A stretch of DNA of 64,000 bases from an uncultured Acidobacteriota bacterium (GCA_963843275.1 CAWJJM010000011.1:133756-197755), one strand, 5' to 3'; counted from the stretch's first letter, positions 21,983-32,263 are shown. Made by a program: numbers and translations. The notes: generated by a model not told the origin, from the letters alone.

Positions 21983-22474
21983 ATGAGCGACGCGGCGCCC
22001 CTGGTCAGCGTCATCATGGGCAGCACCTCCGACTGGGAGACGCTGCGCCATGCCGACGAGGCCCTGACCGAGCTCGGCATCCCCCACGAGTGCGAGGTGG
22101 TCTCCGCCCACCGCACGCCCGAGCGCATGCGCGAGTTCGCCCGCGGCGCCGAGGGGCGGGGCATCGAGGTGATCATCGCCGGGGCCGGCGGCGCCGCACA
22201 CCTGCCGGGGATGGTGGCGGCGCAGACCCTGGTGCCGGTCCTCGGCGTGCCGGTGGAGAGCCGCGCCCTCTCCGGGCTCGACTCGCTGCTGTCGATCGTC
22301 CAGATGCCCGGCGGGGTGCCGGTCGGCACGCTGGCGATCGGCCGCTCCGGGGCGAAGAACGCGGCGCTGCTGGCGGCGGCGATCCTCGCCACCACCCGCC
22401 CCGAGCTGCGCGAACGGCTGCGCGCCTTCCGCGACGCGCAGGAGCGTCGCGTGCGGGAGTCGAAGCTGGGGTGA
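21983..22474 (+). CDS. purE: N5-carboxyaminoimidazole ribonucleotide mutase
   Basis: ...[14 protein letters not shown]..., ...[11 protein letters not shown]..., ...[17 protein letters not shown]... Confidence 0.96.
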   Translation: MSDAAPLVSVIMGSTSDWETLRHADEALTELGIPHECEVVSAHRTPERMREFARGAEGRGIEVIIAGAGGAAHLPGMVAAQTLVPVLGVPVESRALSGLDSLLSIVQMPGGVPVGTLAIGRSGAKNAALLAAAILATTRPELRERLRAFRDAQERRVRESKLG

Positions 22475-23604
22475 GCGGAGATCCGATCCTCCCGGGGGCG
22501 ACGATCGGCGTCCTGGGCAGCGGGCAGCTCGGCCGCATGCTGGCCCTGGCGGCGCGCCGCATGGGCTACCGCGTCCACGTCTTCTCGCCCGGCACCGACA
22601 CGCCCACCGGCCAGGTCGCCGATCACGAGCACGCGGCGCCCTACGAGCACCTGGCGGCGGTGCGTGCCTTCGCCCGCCGGGTCGACGTGGTGACCTTCGA
22701 GTTCGAGAACGTCCCCGCCGCGACCGCCGAGGCGGCCGCCGCCGAGGCGCCCGTGCGCCCCGCCGGCGAGGTCCTCCACGTGGCGCAGAACCGGCTGCGC
22801 GAGAAGCGGTTCCTGTCGGCGCGCGGCTTCCCGGTGGCGCCCCACCGCGAGGTGTCCTCCGCGGCGGAGCTCGCCGCCGCCCTCGACGCCGTGGGCACGC
22901 CGGCGGTGCTCAAGACCGCCGGCTGGGGCTACGACGGCAAGGGCCAGGAACGCATCGACGACCGGTCGCAGGCCGAGGCGGCGTGGCGGCGTCTCGACAC
23001 CGACCAGGCCGTGCTCGAGGGCTTCGTCGACTTCGAGCGCGAGCTGTCGGTGGTCGCCGCGCGCGGCCTCGACGGCACGGTGGCCCACTACGGCCTGTTC
23101 GCCAACGACCACGTCGACCACATCCTCGACGTCAGCGTGGCGCCGGCCCCGGTGGAGGCCCGCCTCGTCCACGAAGGCGCCGAGATCGCCCGCGGCATCC
23201 TCGAGGCGCTCGACGTGGTGGGGGTGCTCTGCGTCGAGCTGTTCCTGACCCGCGACGGGCGCCTGCTGGTCAACGAGATCGCCCCCCGGCCCCACAACTC
23301 CGGCCACCTGACCGTCGACGCCGCCGTGACCAGCCAGTTCGAGCAGCAGCTCCGCGCCGTCTGCGGCCTGCCGCTCGGCGCCCCCGCCCTGCTGCGCCCG
23401 GCGGCGATGGCCAACCTGCTCGGCGACCTGTGGCGCGACGGCACCCCGGACTGGCCGGCCGCCCTCGCCTTTCCCGGCGTCAAGCTCCACCTCTACGGCA
23501 AGGCCGACCCCCGCCCCGGCCGCAAGATGGGCCACCTCACCACTCTCGCCCCGACCGTCGAAGAGGCCCGCGCCACCGTCCTCGCCGCCCGCGCCGCGCT
23601 CTGA
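22471..23604 (+). CDS. purK: N5-carboxyaminoimidazole ribonucleotide synthase (ATP-grasp)
   Basis: Track ORF 22090..23604 trimmed to the GTG at 22471, overlapping the purE stop (GTGA). ...[14 protein letters not shown]..., ...[16 protein letters not shown]..., ...[12 protein letters not shown]... Confidence 0.93.
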   Translation: MSGDPILPGATIGVLGSGQLGRMLALAARRMGYRVHVFSPGTDTPTGQVADHEHAAPYEHLAAVRAFARRVDVVTFEFENVPAATAEAAAAEAPVRPAGEVLHVAQNRLREKRFLSARGFPVAPHREVSSAAELAAALDAVGTPAVLKTAGWGYDGKGQERIDDRSQAEAAWRRLDTDQAVLEGFVDFERELSVVAARGLDGTVAHYGLFANDHVDHILDVSVAPAPVEARLVHEGAEIARGILEALDVVGVLCVELFLTRDGRLLVNEIAPRPHNSGHLTVDAAVTSQFEQQLRAVCGLPLGAPALLRPAAMANLLGDLWRDGTPDWPAALAFPGVKLHLYGKADPRPGRKMGHLTTLAPTVEEARATVLAARAAL

Positions 23605-23727
23605 CGGCCCGCCGGCGTGAAGCGTCGAGCGGTCACTCCGGCCCGCCCCGCGGCTCCGCGGCGCGCCGCGGGCAGCGGGTCGGGTAGCATCCGGCCCCAC
23701 ACCGAGACGAACGACAGGGAGGAAGCG

Positions 23728-24564
23728 ATGCGACGAACTGCGAGGAGCGCGGCGATCTTCGGACTGACGGCGATGCTGGCGGCGGCGACGGCGGGCGCGC
23801 AGGGGACGATGCCCCGGGTGAGCCAGCGCGCCAGCGTCACCCAGCGGATCGGGATCACCGACGTGACGGTCGACTACCATCGGCCGGGGGTGAAAGGGCG
23901 GCAGGTCTGGGGCGGGCTGGTGCCCTACGACCAGCCGTGGCGGATGGGGGCCAACGACCGCACCAGGATCACCTTCTCGTCGGCCGTCCGTGTCGGCGAG
24001 CAGAAGCTCGACGCCGGCAGCTATGGGCTGGTGGCGATCCCGGGCGAGGAGACCTGGACGATCGCCTTCAGCAAGGTCGCCGAGTCGTGGGGGACGTTCA
24101 GCTACGACCCGGCCAACGACGCGGTGCGCCTGACCGTCACCCCGCGGGCCGCGCCACACACCGAGTGGATGCGCTTCGACTTCGAGAACCTCGGCCCCTC
24201 GTCGGCCGACGTGGTGCTCTCGTGGGCCGATCTGGCCGTGTCCTTCCCGATCGCCGTCGACACCGACGCGCTGGTCGTCTCGCGGGTCAACTCCGCGCTC
24301 GCCGGCGGCGCCGAGTACTGCAGCGGTTCGGAAGGCTGTGCCGCCGACGCCCTGCCCTGGGCCGACCTCGCGGCGTCCGCCTCGCCGACCTTCTGGAACT
24401 GGCGCCTGAAGGCGCGGATCCACGCCGCCAACCAGCAGTGGGCGGAGGCCGTGGCGGCCGGCGACAAGGCCCTGGAGATCGCGGCGGGAATGGACGACCC
24501 GCCGCCGGCGAACTACCTCGACGAGGTCGCGGCCTGGATCGCCGACTGGAAGGAGCACGGCTAG
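23728..24564 (+). CDS. Secreted DUF2911-domain protein with C-terminal helical-repeat region
   Basis: Trimmed to the ATG at 23728 (SD AGGGAGGAAG; signal peptide MRRTARSAAIFGLTAMLAAATAGA). ...ITDVTVDYHRPGVKGRQVWGGLVPYDQPWRMGANDRTRITFS...LDAGSYGL... matches DUF2911 by recollection. Confidence 0.75.
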   Translation: MRRTARSAAIFGLTAMLAAATAGAQGTMPRVSQRASVTQRIGITDVTVDYHRPGVKGRQVWGGLVPYDQPWRMGANDRTRITFSSAVRVGEQKLDAGSYGLVAIPGEETWTIAFSKVAESWGTFSYDPANDAVRLTVTPRAAPHTEWMRFDFENLGPSSADVVLSWADLAVSFPIAVDTDALVVSRVNSALAGGAEYCSGSEGCAADALPWADLAASASPTFWNWRLKARIHAANQQWAEAVAAGDKALEIAAGMDDPPPANYLDEVAAWIADWKEHG

Positions 24565-24670
24565 CCCGGACGTCTCACGACGTTCCGTCGCGAAGCCGTG
24601 GCGAGGGCTGCGGAGGCGAGGAATGCGACCGGAAGGGGTGCCTCTCCCCCGCCTCGGGCTGCGACGGTGT

Positions 24671-25465
24671 TCAGGCGGAGCGCTCGTCGTCGCCCGGGGT
24701 GGGGTGGCCGAGGTCGCGGGACATTTCGCTGCGGAGGCGGGCGGCGAGGCGCTTGCGGTCGGCCTCGGTGACCGGCGCGGTGCCGAAGCTCACCCGGCCG
24801 CGGAAGCCGGGGAGGGAGAGCAGGTGCACCAGGTGCCGGACCAGCGGCGCGCCGCCGGTCCAGGCGACGGCGCGGTCCGCCGGCGGCAGGCCGGGGGCGG
24901 TGGCGTAGGCCACGGTGGCCCAGTGGACCGGGCGCGCCGCGGCGGCGGCGCCGGCCAGCAGCGAGGGCCGGAAGGGCAGCAGGCGCTGGCCGTCCGCGGT
25001 GGTGCCTTCGGGGAACAGGACCACCCCGAGGCCACGCCCCAGGGCGCCTTCGATCTGCCGGCCGACGCGGAGCAGATCGCGCTTCGCCTCGCGGTCGACG
25101 AAGACCGTTCCCACCAGCCGACAGAGGTGACCCATCACGGGCCAGGAAGCGATCTCCCGCTTGGCCACGAAGACGCCCCCCGCGGCGCCGCCGAGCAGCA
25201 GGATGTCGGCGTAGCCCACGTGGTTGGCGACCAGCAGGAAGGGCCGGCGGGGCGGCCGCCCGACGACCTCCACCCGCATCCCGGCGATGCGCCCCAGCAG
25301 GCGCGACCACACCCGGAACACGCGGTTGCCCCAGGCGAGCCGCCGCGCCGGCCACGGGGCGAGTAGCAGCCAGCCGGCGAGCAGCGGCAGATAGCAGCCC
25401 AGGGTGGCCAGCGCCACCGTCGGCGGGCGCACCAGGACGCGGAGGAGGCGCAGGAGGGGGTTCAT
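24671..25465 (-). CDS. plsC: Lysophospholipid (1-acyl-sn-glycerol-3-phosphate) acyltransferase family protein
   Basis: Track ORF 24671..26917 trimmed to the ATG at 25465 (MNPLLRLL...). HX4D box ANHVGYAD, ...VLFPEGTT... Confidence 0.82.
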   Translation of the reverse strand: MNPLLRLLRVLVRPPTVALATLGCYLPLLAGWLLLAPWPARRLAWGNRVFRVWSRLLGRIAGMRVEVVGRPPRRPFLLVANHVGYADILLLGGAAGGVFVAKREIASWPVMGHLCRLVGTVFVDREAKRDLLRVGRQIEGALGRGLGVVLFPEGTTADGQRLLPFRPSLLAGAAAAARPVHWATVAYATAPGLPPADRAVAWTGGAPLVRHLVHLLSLPGFRGRVSFGTAPVTEADRKRLAARLRSEMSRDLGHPTPGDDERSA

Positions 25466-25553
25466 GGCGGGGTGGCCGAGTATAGTCAGCCGCGCCCGCC
25501 GACGAGGCTCCGGAGGGAGCCCGCCACCGTCACCACCGAAGGAGGAACGCGAG

Positions 25554-25919
25554 ATGCCGAAGCTCGAGATCGAAGGGTTCGGGAGCTGCGAGGTCGAGGC
25601 GGGCAAGCGCCTCGTGCTGGCCGTCGAGGACTGCGGCGCCGACATCGGGCACCGCTGCGGCGGCTTCGCCCGCTGCACCACCTGCCGGGTCGTCTTCGCC
25701 GCCGGCGAGCCGAGCCGCATGACGGTCGCCGAGCGCGACAAGCTGGCCTCGCTCGACCTGCTGGGGAAGGTGCGCCTGGCCTGCCAGTCCCGCGTCGAGG
25801 GCGACATGACCGTGCGTCCGCTGATGCGCGTCTCCACCGAGGGTTGGAGCGATCCCGGCCCCCGCCCCGCCGACGACATCACGCCACCGGCCGAGTGGGT
25901 GGAGGCACCGCCGCGGTGA
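25554..25919 (+). CDS. [2Fe-2S] ferredoxin-like protein
   Basis: Trimmed to the ATG at 25554 (SD GAAGGAGGA). Cys pattern C-X5-C-X2-C-X32-C (HRCGGFARCTTCRV ... LACQS). Confidence 0.8.
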   Translation: MPKLEIEGFGSCEVEAGKRLVLAVEDCGADIGHRCGGFARCTTCRVVFAAGEPSRMTVAERDKLASLDLLGKVRLACQSRVEGDMTVRPLMRVSTEGWSDPGPRPADDITPPAEWVEAPPR

Positions 25920-27007
25920 GCCGCCCCTGGATCCTCTACGGCGCCAACGGCTACACCGGGCGCCTGGTGGCCCGCGAGGCGGTGCGGCGCGGCCTGTCGC
26001 CGGTGCTCGCCGGGCGCGACGCGGCGGCGGTGGGCGCCCTGGCGGACGAGCTGGGCCTCGAAGCGCGCGCCTTCCCGCTGACCGATCCGGGGAGCCTGCG
26101 CGCCCACCTCGCCGGCGCCGCCGCCGTCCTGCACTGCGCCGGGCCCTTCGCCGCGACCAGCCGGCCGATGATGACCGCGTGCATCGACACCGGCACCAGC
26201 TACCTCGACATCACCGGCGAGATCGAGGTCTTCGAGCAGGTCCTGGCGCGCGCCGAGGCGGCGCGGCGGGCCGAGGTGGCGATGGTCCCCGGGGTGGGGT
26301 TCGACGTCGTTCCCACCGACTGCCTGGCCGCCCGGCTCGCCGCCGCGCTGCCGGGGGCGACGCACCTGCAGCTCGCCTTCGTCAACCTCGGCGGCGGCAC
26401 CAGCCGGGGCACCGCGCGGACCGCCCTGCGCCACCTCCCGGCCGCCGGCGCCGAGCGGCGCGACGGTCGCATCGTGCCGCTGCCGGCGGCCCACGAGGCG
26501 ATCGAGATCGAGGTGCCGCTGCCCGGCGGCGAGACGGCGCCGCGCTGGGTGGTCTCCATCCCCTGGGGCGACGTGGCCACCGCCTGGCACTCCACCGGCA
26601 TCCCCAACATCCGCACCTACGTGGGGATGCATCCCCGCACCATCCGCCGCCTGCGACGCTGGCGCTTCCTGCTGCCGCTCACCGCCCTGGGTCCCGTGCG
26701 GCGGGCGCTCGAAGCCGCCCTGGAACGGCGCTTCGCGGCGGCTGCCGGCCCCGACGCCGAGACCCGCCGGCGCGCCCGGGTGGCGGTGTGGGGGCGGGTG
26801 CGGGACGGCGCCGGCGGCAGCGCCACGGCCACCCTGCTGACCCCCGAGGGCTACGAGCTGACCGCCCGCTCCTCCGTCGAGTGCGTCCGGCGGGTGCTGG
26901 CCGGAGAGGTCCCGCACGGCGCCTGGACGCCGTCGCAGGCCTTCGGCGCCGACCTGGTGGCAGGGCTCGAGGGGGTCGAGGTGGGGCCGGTGCGGACGGC
27001 CGGCTGA
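25916..27007 (+). CDS. Saccharopine dehydrogenase-like NAD(P)-binding oxidoreductase
   Basis: GTG at 25916 overlaps the ferredoxin stop (GTGA). Rossmann start ...ILYGANGYTGRLVA..., ...HCAGPF..., ...SYLDITGE..., ...PGVGFDVVPTDC... Confidence 0.8.
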   Translation: MSRPWILYGANGYTGRLVAREAVRRGLSPVLAGRDAAAVGALADELGLEARAFPLTDPGSLRAHLAGAAAVLHCAGPFAATSRPMMTACIDTGTSYLDITGEIEVFEQVLARAEAARRAEVAMVPGVGFDVVPTDCLAARLAAALPGATHLQLAFVNLGGGTSRGTARTALRHLPAAGAERRDGRIVPLPAAHEAIEIEVPLPGGETAPRWVVSIPWGDVATAWHSTGIPNIRTYVGMHPRTIRRLRRWRFLLPLTALGPVRRALEAALERRFAAAAGPDAETRRRARVAVWGRVRDGAGGSATATLLTPEGYELTARSSVECVRRVLAGEVPHGAWTPSQAFGADLVAGLEGVEVGPVRTAG

Positions 27008-27031
27008 GGTCCGCCCGGCGCCCGCCCGCGC

Positions 27032-28882
27032 TCAGTCCCGCGCCCGCGGGGTGAGCGTCACCTCGTGGCGCTCGCCGTCGCGGACGAAGACGACCTTGGC
27101 CGGCTCGCCGATCTTCACCGCGTCGAGCGCGTAGGTGTAGTCGTAGACGTTGGCGATGGTCTGCCCGGCCAGCTCGACGATCACGTCGCCCTCGCGCAGG
27201 CCGGCCTGGTCCGCCGGCCCGCCGCCGACCACCCCCGACAGGCGCATCCCCTCCACTTCGGCGGTGTAGTCGGGGATCGTGCCGGTGAAGGCGCGGCGGG
27301 TGTCGCCGCCGCCGCCCTGCGGGTGGCTGGGCGCCACCTCGACGAACTCCGGGGGGCTCTCCTGCACGGCGAGGGCACGGCCCACCAGGGCACCGAGCCG
27401 GGCGATCCGCTCGAGGCCCGCGTAGTCGATCTTGTCGGCGGTGTCGCTCGGCCGGTGGTAGTCCTCGTGGCTGCCGGTGAAGAAGGCCAGGGTGGGCACC
27501 TTCACCCGGTTGAAGCTGGTCGAGTCCTGGGGCAGGTAGGGATCGTCGGAGAGCACGACGTCGAGGCCCACCGGCACGTTGGCGCGCTCGATCAGGCCGG
27601 GCCAGGCGGCCGACGAGGCCACCGCCTCGAGCGCCACCGGCTCGTCTCCCAGCCGTCCCACCATGTCGAAGTTCAGGTAGCCGGCGATCTGCTCCGGTGG
27701 CAGCACCGGCGCGTCGACGAAGGCGCTCGAGCCGAGCAGCCCCAGCTCCTCGCCGGAGAAGAAGACCAGCGCCACCCGGCGCCGCCGCCCCTCGAAGGCG
27801 GCCAGCCCGCGCCCGGCGGCGAGCACCGCCGCCACGCCCGAGGCATCGTCGTCGGCGCCGTGGTGGATGCCGCCGGCCTCCTCCTTGCGCGCCAGCGAGT
27901 TGCCGCTCTGGCCGCGCCCGAGGTGGTCGAGGTGCGCCCCGAGCACCACCCACGGGCGCTCCGCCGCCGGCTCGCCGTCGGCGGGCAGGTAGCCGGCGAC
28001 GCTGTGGCCGGTGCGCCGCTCGCGAGCCACCGCCGCGGCCACGGTGGCTCCGACCCCGGGCAGCGGGAAGCCGGCGACGTGCGGGTTGGCGTCGTCGAGC
28101 GCGGCCTGCACCGTCTCCAAGTCCTTGCCGACGGCGGCGAACAGGTGCGCCGCGGCGTCGCCCCCGAGGCTGACCGCGACGATCCCGGAGCCGGAGATGG
28201 CGGTGTCGAAGCTCATCGGGACGGTCTCGCCGGCGTTGGGCGAGCGCGGCCCGGCCACCACCACCAGGGCGGCGGCGCCGCGCTGCCGCGCCTGCATCGC
28301 CTTGTAGCGCAGCCCCGAGTAGCGCGACAGCACCTTGCGGGCGTCGCCCTCGGAGTCCTCGGGGAAGTAGCGCAGCACCACGACCACCTTGTCGGTGACG
28401 TCGAGCCCGGCGTAGCTGTCGTAGGGGAAGCCCTGCCCGTCGGGGACCACGATCCCGTAGCCGGCGAACACCACCGGCCCCGAGACGGTCGCCGAGTCGG
28501 AGAACGACAGCGCCTGCACCACCTCCGCGCCGGCGAGCTCGAGGGGCGTCTCGCCCATGCCGCGCAGCTCCAACGTGGAGCCGGCGTCGTGGGTGCCGGC
28601 GGTGAACTCGAACGGCAGCAGGTAACCGTCGTGGCCGGGCAGCGGCCGGGCGCCGAGCTCCTCGAGCCGGGCCGCCAGGTACTCCGCGGCGGCGAGCTCG
28701 CCCGGGGTCCCGGTCAGCCGCCCCTCCAGGGCGTCGGAGGCCAGGAACTCGACCACCTGCCGCGAGGTCGGCGGGGCCGGCGCCGCGGCCCCCGCCGCGG
28801 CGGTGAGCAGGGCGGCGAGCACGATCCCGGCCACGGCGCCGGGCTGTACGACGGGGAAGGGCCTCTCGTGGACGCGGCTCAT
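27032..28882 (-). CDS. Secreted M28-family aminopeptidase with PA-like insert and C-terminal PDZ domain
   Basis: Trimmed to the ATG at 28882 (ATGA overlap with the upstream gene's stop). ...HHGADDDASGVAAVL..., ...FFSGEELGLLGS..., ...HEDYHRPSD...; PDZ ...GGPADQAGLREGDVIVELAG... Confidence 0.88.
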   Translation of the reverse strand: MSRVHERPFPVVQPGAVAGIVLAALLTAAAGAAAPAPPTSRQVVEFLASDALEGRLTGTPGELAAAEYLAARLEELGARPLPGHDGYLLPFEFTAGTHDAGSTLELRGMGETPLELAGAEVVQALSFSDSATVSGPVVFAGYGIVVPDGQGFPYDSYAGLDVTDKVVVVLRYFPEDSEGDARKVLSRYSGLRYKAMQARQRGAAALVVVAGPRSPNAGETVPMSFDTAISGSGIVAVSLGGDAAAHLFAAVGKDLETVQAALDDANPHVAGFPLPGVGATVAAAVARERRTGHSVAGYLPADGEPAAERPWVVLGAHLDHLGRGQSGNSLARKEEAGGIHHGADDDASGVAAVLAAGRGLAAFEGRRRRVALVFFSGEELGLLGSSAFVDAPVLPPEQIAGYLNFDMVGRLGDEPVALEAVASSAAWPGLIERANVPVGLDVVLSDDPYLPQDSTSFNRVKVPTLAFFTGSHEDYHRPSDTADKIDYAGLERIARLGALVGRALAVQESPPEFVEVAPSHPQGGGGDTRRAFTGTIPDYTAEVEGMRLSGVVGGGPADQAGLREGDVIVELAGQTIANVYDYTYALDAVKIGEPAKVVFVRDGERHEVTLTPRARD

Positions 28883-30126
28883 GGCGTGTCTCCTGCGGTG
28901 GCGCCGGGGGCGGCGGCCGGGGTCGTGGGGTCGCCGGACGGCGGCGGCGTCTCGCCGGACGGCACCTCCGGCGGGCCGGGCGGACCGTCCGGGGCGGGTG
29001 CGCCGGCGCCGGCGCGCCGCGGCGCCCGCGCCAGGGCCGCCCGCGCCGCCGCGTCGTTCCAGCGGCCGATGAAGATCTGTCCCTTGCCGCCGCGCCGGCT
29101 CGAGGTCCAGGCCAGGGTGCCGCCGTCGGGCGAGAAGACCGGCAGGCCGTCGAAGCCGTCGGTGGTGGTCACCCGGACGGGCTCGCGGGTCCCCGCGGCG
29201 TCCACCAGGTAGAGCTCGAAGTTGCCGAAGCCCAGCTTGTTGGAGGCGAAGATCACGTAGTCGCCGGAGGGATGCGGGTAGGGTGCCCAGCTCATCGCCC
29301 CGAAGTCGGTGAGGCGGCGGACGTCGCTGCCGTCGGGGCGCATGGTGTAGATGTCGGCCAGCAGCCCGTCGGGGGTGAAGCGGCGCCAGACGATCCGCGA
29401 GCCGTCGGCGAAGAAGAACGGACCGCCGTCGTAGCCGGGCGTGTCGGTGAGGCGCTCGACCCCGGTGCCGTCGGCGTGCATGCGGTAGATCTCGGCGAAG
29501 TAGGAGGGATCGGCCTCCAGCCGCCGGGCGTCCTCGGCGCCGAGCTCTCCCGCGTAGGCCTGGCGCGTGGAGGTGAAGACGATCCACCGCCCGTCGGGCG
29601 AGTAGCTGCCCTCGGCGTCGTAGCCGCGGGCGTGCGTGAGGCGGCGCAGCTCGCCCCCGGGGCCGGAAGCGGCGTAGAGCTCCATCTCCGGGTCGTAGTC
29701 CCAGGCGTAGCGGCGCTCGGTCCCCGCCGCCCGCGCCGCGAGCTCCTCGCGCTGGTGCTCGGCGCTGAGCGGGTCGTGGTGGGTGGAGGCGAAGAGGATC
29801 TCGTCGCTGCCCGGGCGGAAGAACGAGCAGGTGGTCTTGCCGGCGCCCGTCGACACCCGGCGGGTGTCACCGGTCTCGAGGTCGAGCACGTAGATCTGGA
29901 AGAACGGGTTGCCCTCCTCGCGCTCGCTCTGGAAGACGAGGCGGGTGCCGTCCGGCGAGAAGTAGCCCTCGCCGGCGCGCCGGCCCTCGAAGGTGAGCTG
30001 GCGCACGTGGTCGAGGAAGTCCGACTCGTCGGGGGCGGGGGCGTCGCCCGCCGGCCGGGCGGCGACGGCGAGCGGCAGGACCGCGCCCAGCACGGCTGAC
30101 AGGGGGACGACGAAGGGTCTGCGCAT
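28879..30126 (-). CDS. Secreted TolB-like / WD40-like beta-propeller repeat protein
   Basis: Trimmed to the ATG at 30126 (signal peptide MRRPFVVPLSAVLGAVLPLAVA). Repeated ...YFSPDGTRLVFQS..., ...SYSPDGRWIVFTS..., ...FFADGSRIVW..., ...VFSPDGGTLAWTS... Pro-rich C-terminal tail. Confidence 0.82.
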   Translation of the reverse strand: MRRPFVVPLSAVLGAVLPLAVAARPAGDAPAPDESDFLDHVRQLTFEGRRAGEGYFSPDGTRLVFQSEREEGNPFFQIYVLDLETGDTRRVSTGAGKTTCSFFRPGSDEILFASTHHDPLSAEHQREELAARAAGTERRYAWDYDPEMELYAASGPGGELRRLTHARGYDAEGSYSPDGRWIVFTSTRQAYAGELGAEDARRLEADPSYFAEIYRMHADGTGVERLTDTPGYDGGPFFFADGSRIVWRRFTPDGLLADIYTMRPDGSDVRRLTDFGAMSWAPYPHPSGDYVIFASNKLGFGNFELYLVDAAGTREPVRVTTTDGFDGLPVFSPDGGTLAWTSSRRGGKGQIFIGRWNDAAARAALARAPRRAGAGAPAPDGPPGPPEVPSGETPPPSGDPTTPAAAPGATAGDTP

Positions 30127-30569
30127 GCGATCGACCTCGGAACTCCGGCCGGGCGGCAGGCTCCGGCCGCGCCGAGGATATCGCCTCCGGGGGCCGGCGC
30201 GGCGCTCCGGCGGAAGCGCGGCGGCCCCGCCCCGGCCACCCGCCCGCGCACCTCGCCCGCCACCGCCGGCACGTCGACGAAGCGCGACGCGGCCGGCAGG
30301 CCGACGCGCGCCGCTGGGCGGCGACCAGGTCATCCGTGGGGGTCATAGTGCCTTCTCGCCGAGCCGGTGCGGTGGGCTGGGGTCCCCCTACCCTACCCGG
30401 GGTCCCGCGGGGATCGTCCCCAGCCTCCCGGGCGCAGGGCACCGGGTGCCGAGGCGCGCGGTGATCGACGCTCGCGCCGTGAGAGGATCGGGGGCCGAAT
30501 GTCGCTCCGCACCGCACGTCCCGACGGCCCCGGCCGGCGCACCGGCGCCGCGCCAGCTCCCGGAGCCGG

Positions 30570-32261
30570 ATGACGCACGACTCGACGCCGCGCGACCCGG
30601 ACGCGGGGCGGCGCCTCCTCCGGGCGGCGCTCCTCGGCCTCACGATCAGCGCCTGGGGCCTGCTGGTGGGGATCGTCGTGTGGCGCGCCTGGGTCTGCGA
30701 CGACGCCTACATCACTTTCCGCGTGGTCGACAACTTCCTTCACGGTCACGGACTGCGTTGGAACGTCGACGAGCGGGTGCAGGTCTACACGCACCCGCTG
30801 TGGATGCTCTTGCACATCCCGCTGGTCGCGATCTTCGGCAACGTCTTCCTGGTCACCGTCGCCCTGTCGGCGACCTGCAGCGTCGCCGCGGTGGCGGTGG
30901 CCCAGGGGACCTTCCGCGACCGCCCCTGGGCCGCCCTGCTCCTGCTCCTGGTCCCGCTCCTGACCTCCCGGGCCTTTCTCGACTACACGACCAGCGGCCT
31001 GGAGAACCCCCTGAGCTACCTGTTGTTCGCCCTCTTCGCGTGGCTGGTGGTGCAACCGCGCCGGCGATGGGGCCTGCTGATCCTGGTCGCGTCGCTGGCG
31101 ACGCTCAACCGCCTGGACTGCGTCCTGCTCTATCTGCCGGTGCTCACCTGGATGCTCGTGCGCGGTCCGACCAGGCCCCGGCTGCGCAGCTGGCTGGGGA
31201 CCGCGCCGCTGGTGCTCTGGATCGGCTTCGCGACCTTCTACTACGGCACGCCGGTGCCCAACACCTTCTTCGCGAAGCTCTCGGCGGGGCTGCCGCGGTC
31301 GCTCTATCTGCGGCAGGGACGCCTCTACTTCACCGACCTGCTGATGACCGACGCCCCGACGCTGATCGCCGTTGTGGTGGCGGTGACGCTGGCCCTCGGC
31401 AGCGCCCTGCGGGACCGGGAGGCCGACGGCTCGGAACGACGGTTCGAGACGGGGATGATCGCCGCCGGCGTCCTCCTCTACGTCGGGTACGTCTTCTCGG
31501 TGGGCGGCGACTTCATGTCGGGCCGCTTCCTGGCGGTGCCCCTGTTCGCCGCGGCCTGGCTGCTCTACGCGATGGCCCCGAAGCTGCCGGACGCGCAGCG
31601 GGCCACGATCGTGGCCCTGCTGGTCGTCGGCTTCTTCCTGAAACCCCCTTACCACCCGTTTCTGGCGACGTATCTCGGCGATCAACGCGGTCTCTACGCC
31701 CGCGCCTACTCGCTGTTCACCGTCAGCCCCGAAGGCGGCCTGGGCCTGCGCACGGGCCTCTCCGACCATCCCTACGTGCACGAACACGGTGATTTCCTGG
31801 CCCGGCGCGGCGACCGGCCCGCCCTCGTCATCCGCGGCGCGATCGGGATCTTCGGGTACTACGCGGGCCCGGACGTGATCGTGATCGACAACTACGCGCT
31901 CTCCGACGCGTTGCTCGCGCGGCTTCCCTGGCACGCCCGGCAGAACTGGACGGTCGGGGTGCCGGTGGGCCACCTGCCGCGCGGCAAGCCACGGGGCTTC
32001 GTCGAGGCCCGGCTCACGGGCTCGAGCGACGGGATGTCGCCCCTGCTCCGACCGTACTACCGTGCGCTGCGGCGCCTCACCAGCGGCCCCCTGGGGAGCT
32101 GGGGGCGCCTGCGCACCCTCGTCGCCTTCCAGCTCGGCGCTTGGGACGACGATCTCGCGGCCTACGTCGCGCGCGAGTACGCGCAGACCGAGGAGAAGCC
32201 CGGAGGCCACGCCGTCTGGATCCGGACGGCCCGCGGGGTGGAGCCGGACCCCGGTCCCTGA
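30570..32261 (+). CDS. Polytopic membrane protein, candidate GT-C-fold glycosyltransferase
   Basis: More than 10 predicted TM helices. Conserved acidic motif after TM1 (...AWVCDDAYITFRVVDNFLHGHGLRWN...), reminiscent of arabinofuranosyl-/mannosyl-transferase-like GT-C enzymes. The functional call is by recollection only. Confidence 0.55.
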   Translation: MTHDSTPRDPDAGRRLLRAALLGLTISAWGLLVGIVVWRAWVCDDAYITFRVVDNFLHGHGLRWNVDERVQVYTHPLWMLLHIPLVAIFGNVFLVTVALSATCSVAAVAVAQGTFRDRPWAALLLLLVPLLTSRAFLDYTTSGLENPLSYLLFALFAWLVVQPRRRWGLLILVASLATLNRLDCVLLYLPVLTWMLVRGPTRPRLRSWLGTAPLVLWIGFATFYYGTPVPNTFFAKLSAGLPRSLYLRQGRLYFTDLLMTDAPTLIAVVVAVTLALGSALRDREADGSERRFETGMIAAGVLLYVGYVFSVGGDFMSGRFLAVPLFAAAWLLYAMAPKLPDAQRATIVALLVVGFFLKPPYHPFLATYLGDQRGLYARAYSLFTVSPEGGLGLRTGLSDHPYVHEHGDFLARRGDRPALVIRGAIGIFGYYAGPDVIVIDNYALSDALLARLPWHARQNWTVGVPVGHLPRGKPRGFVEARLTGSSDGMSPLLRPYYRALRRLTSGPLGSWGRLRTLVAFQLGAWDDDLAAYVAREYAQTEEKPGGHAVWIRTARGVEPDPGP

Positions 32262-32263
32262 GC

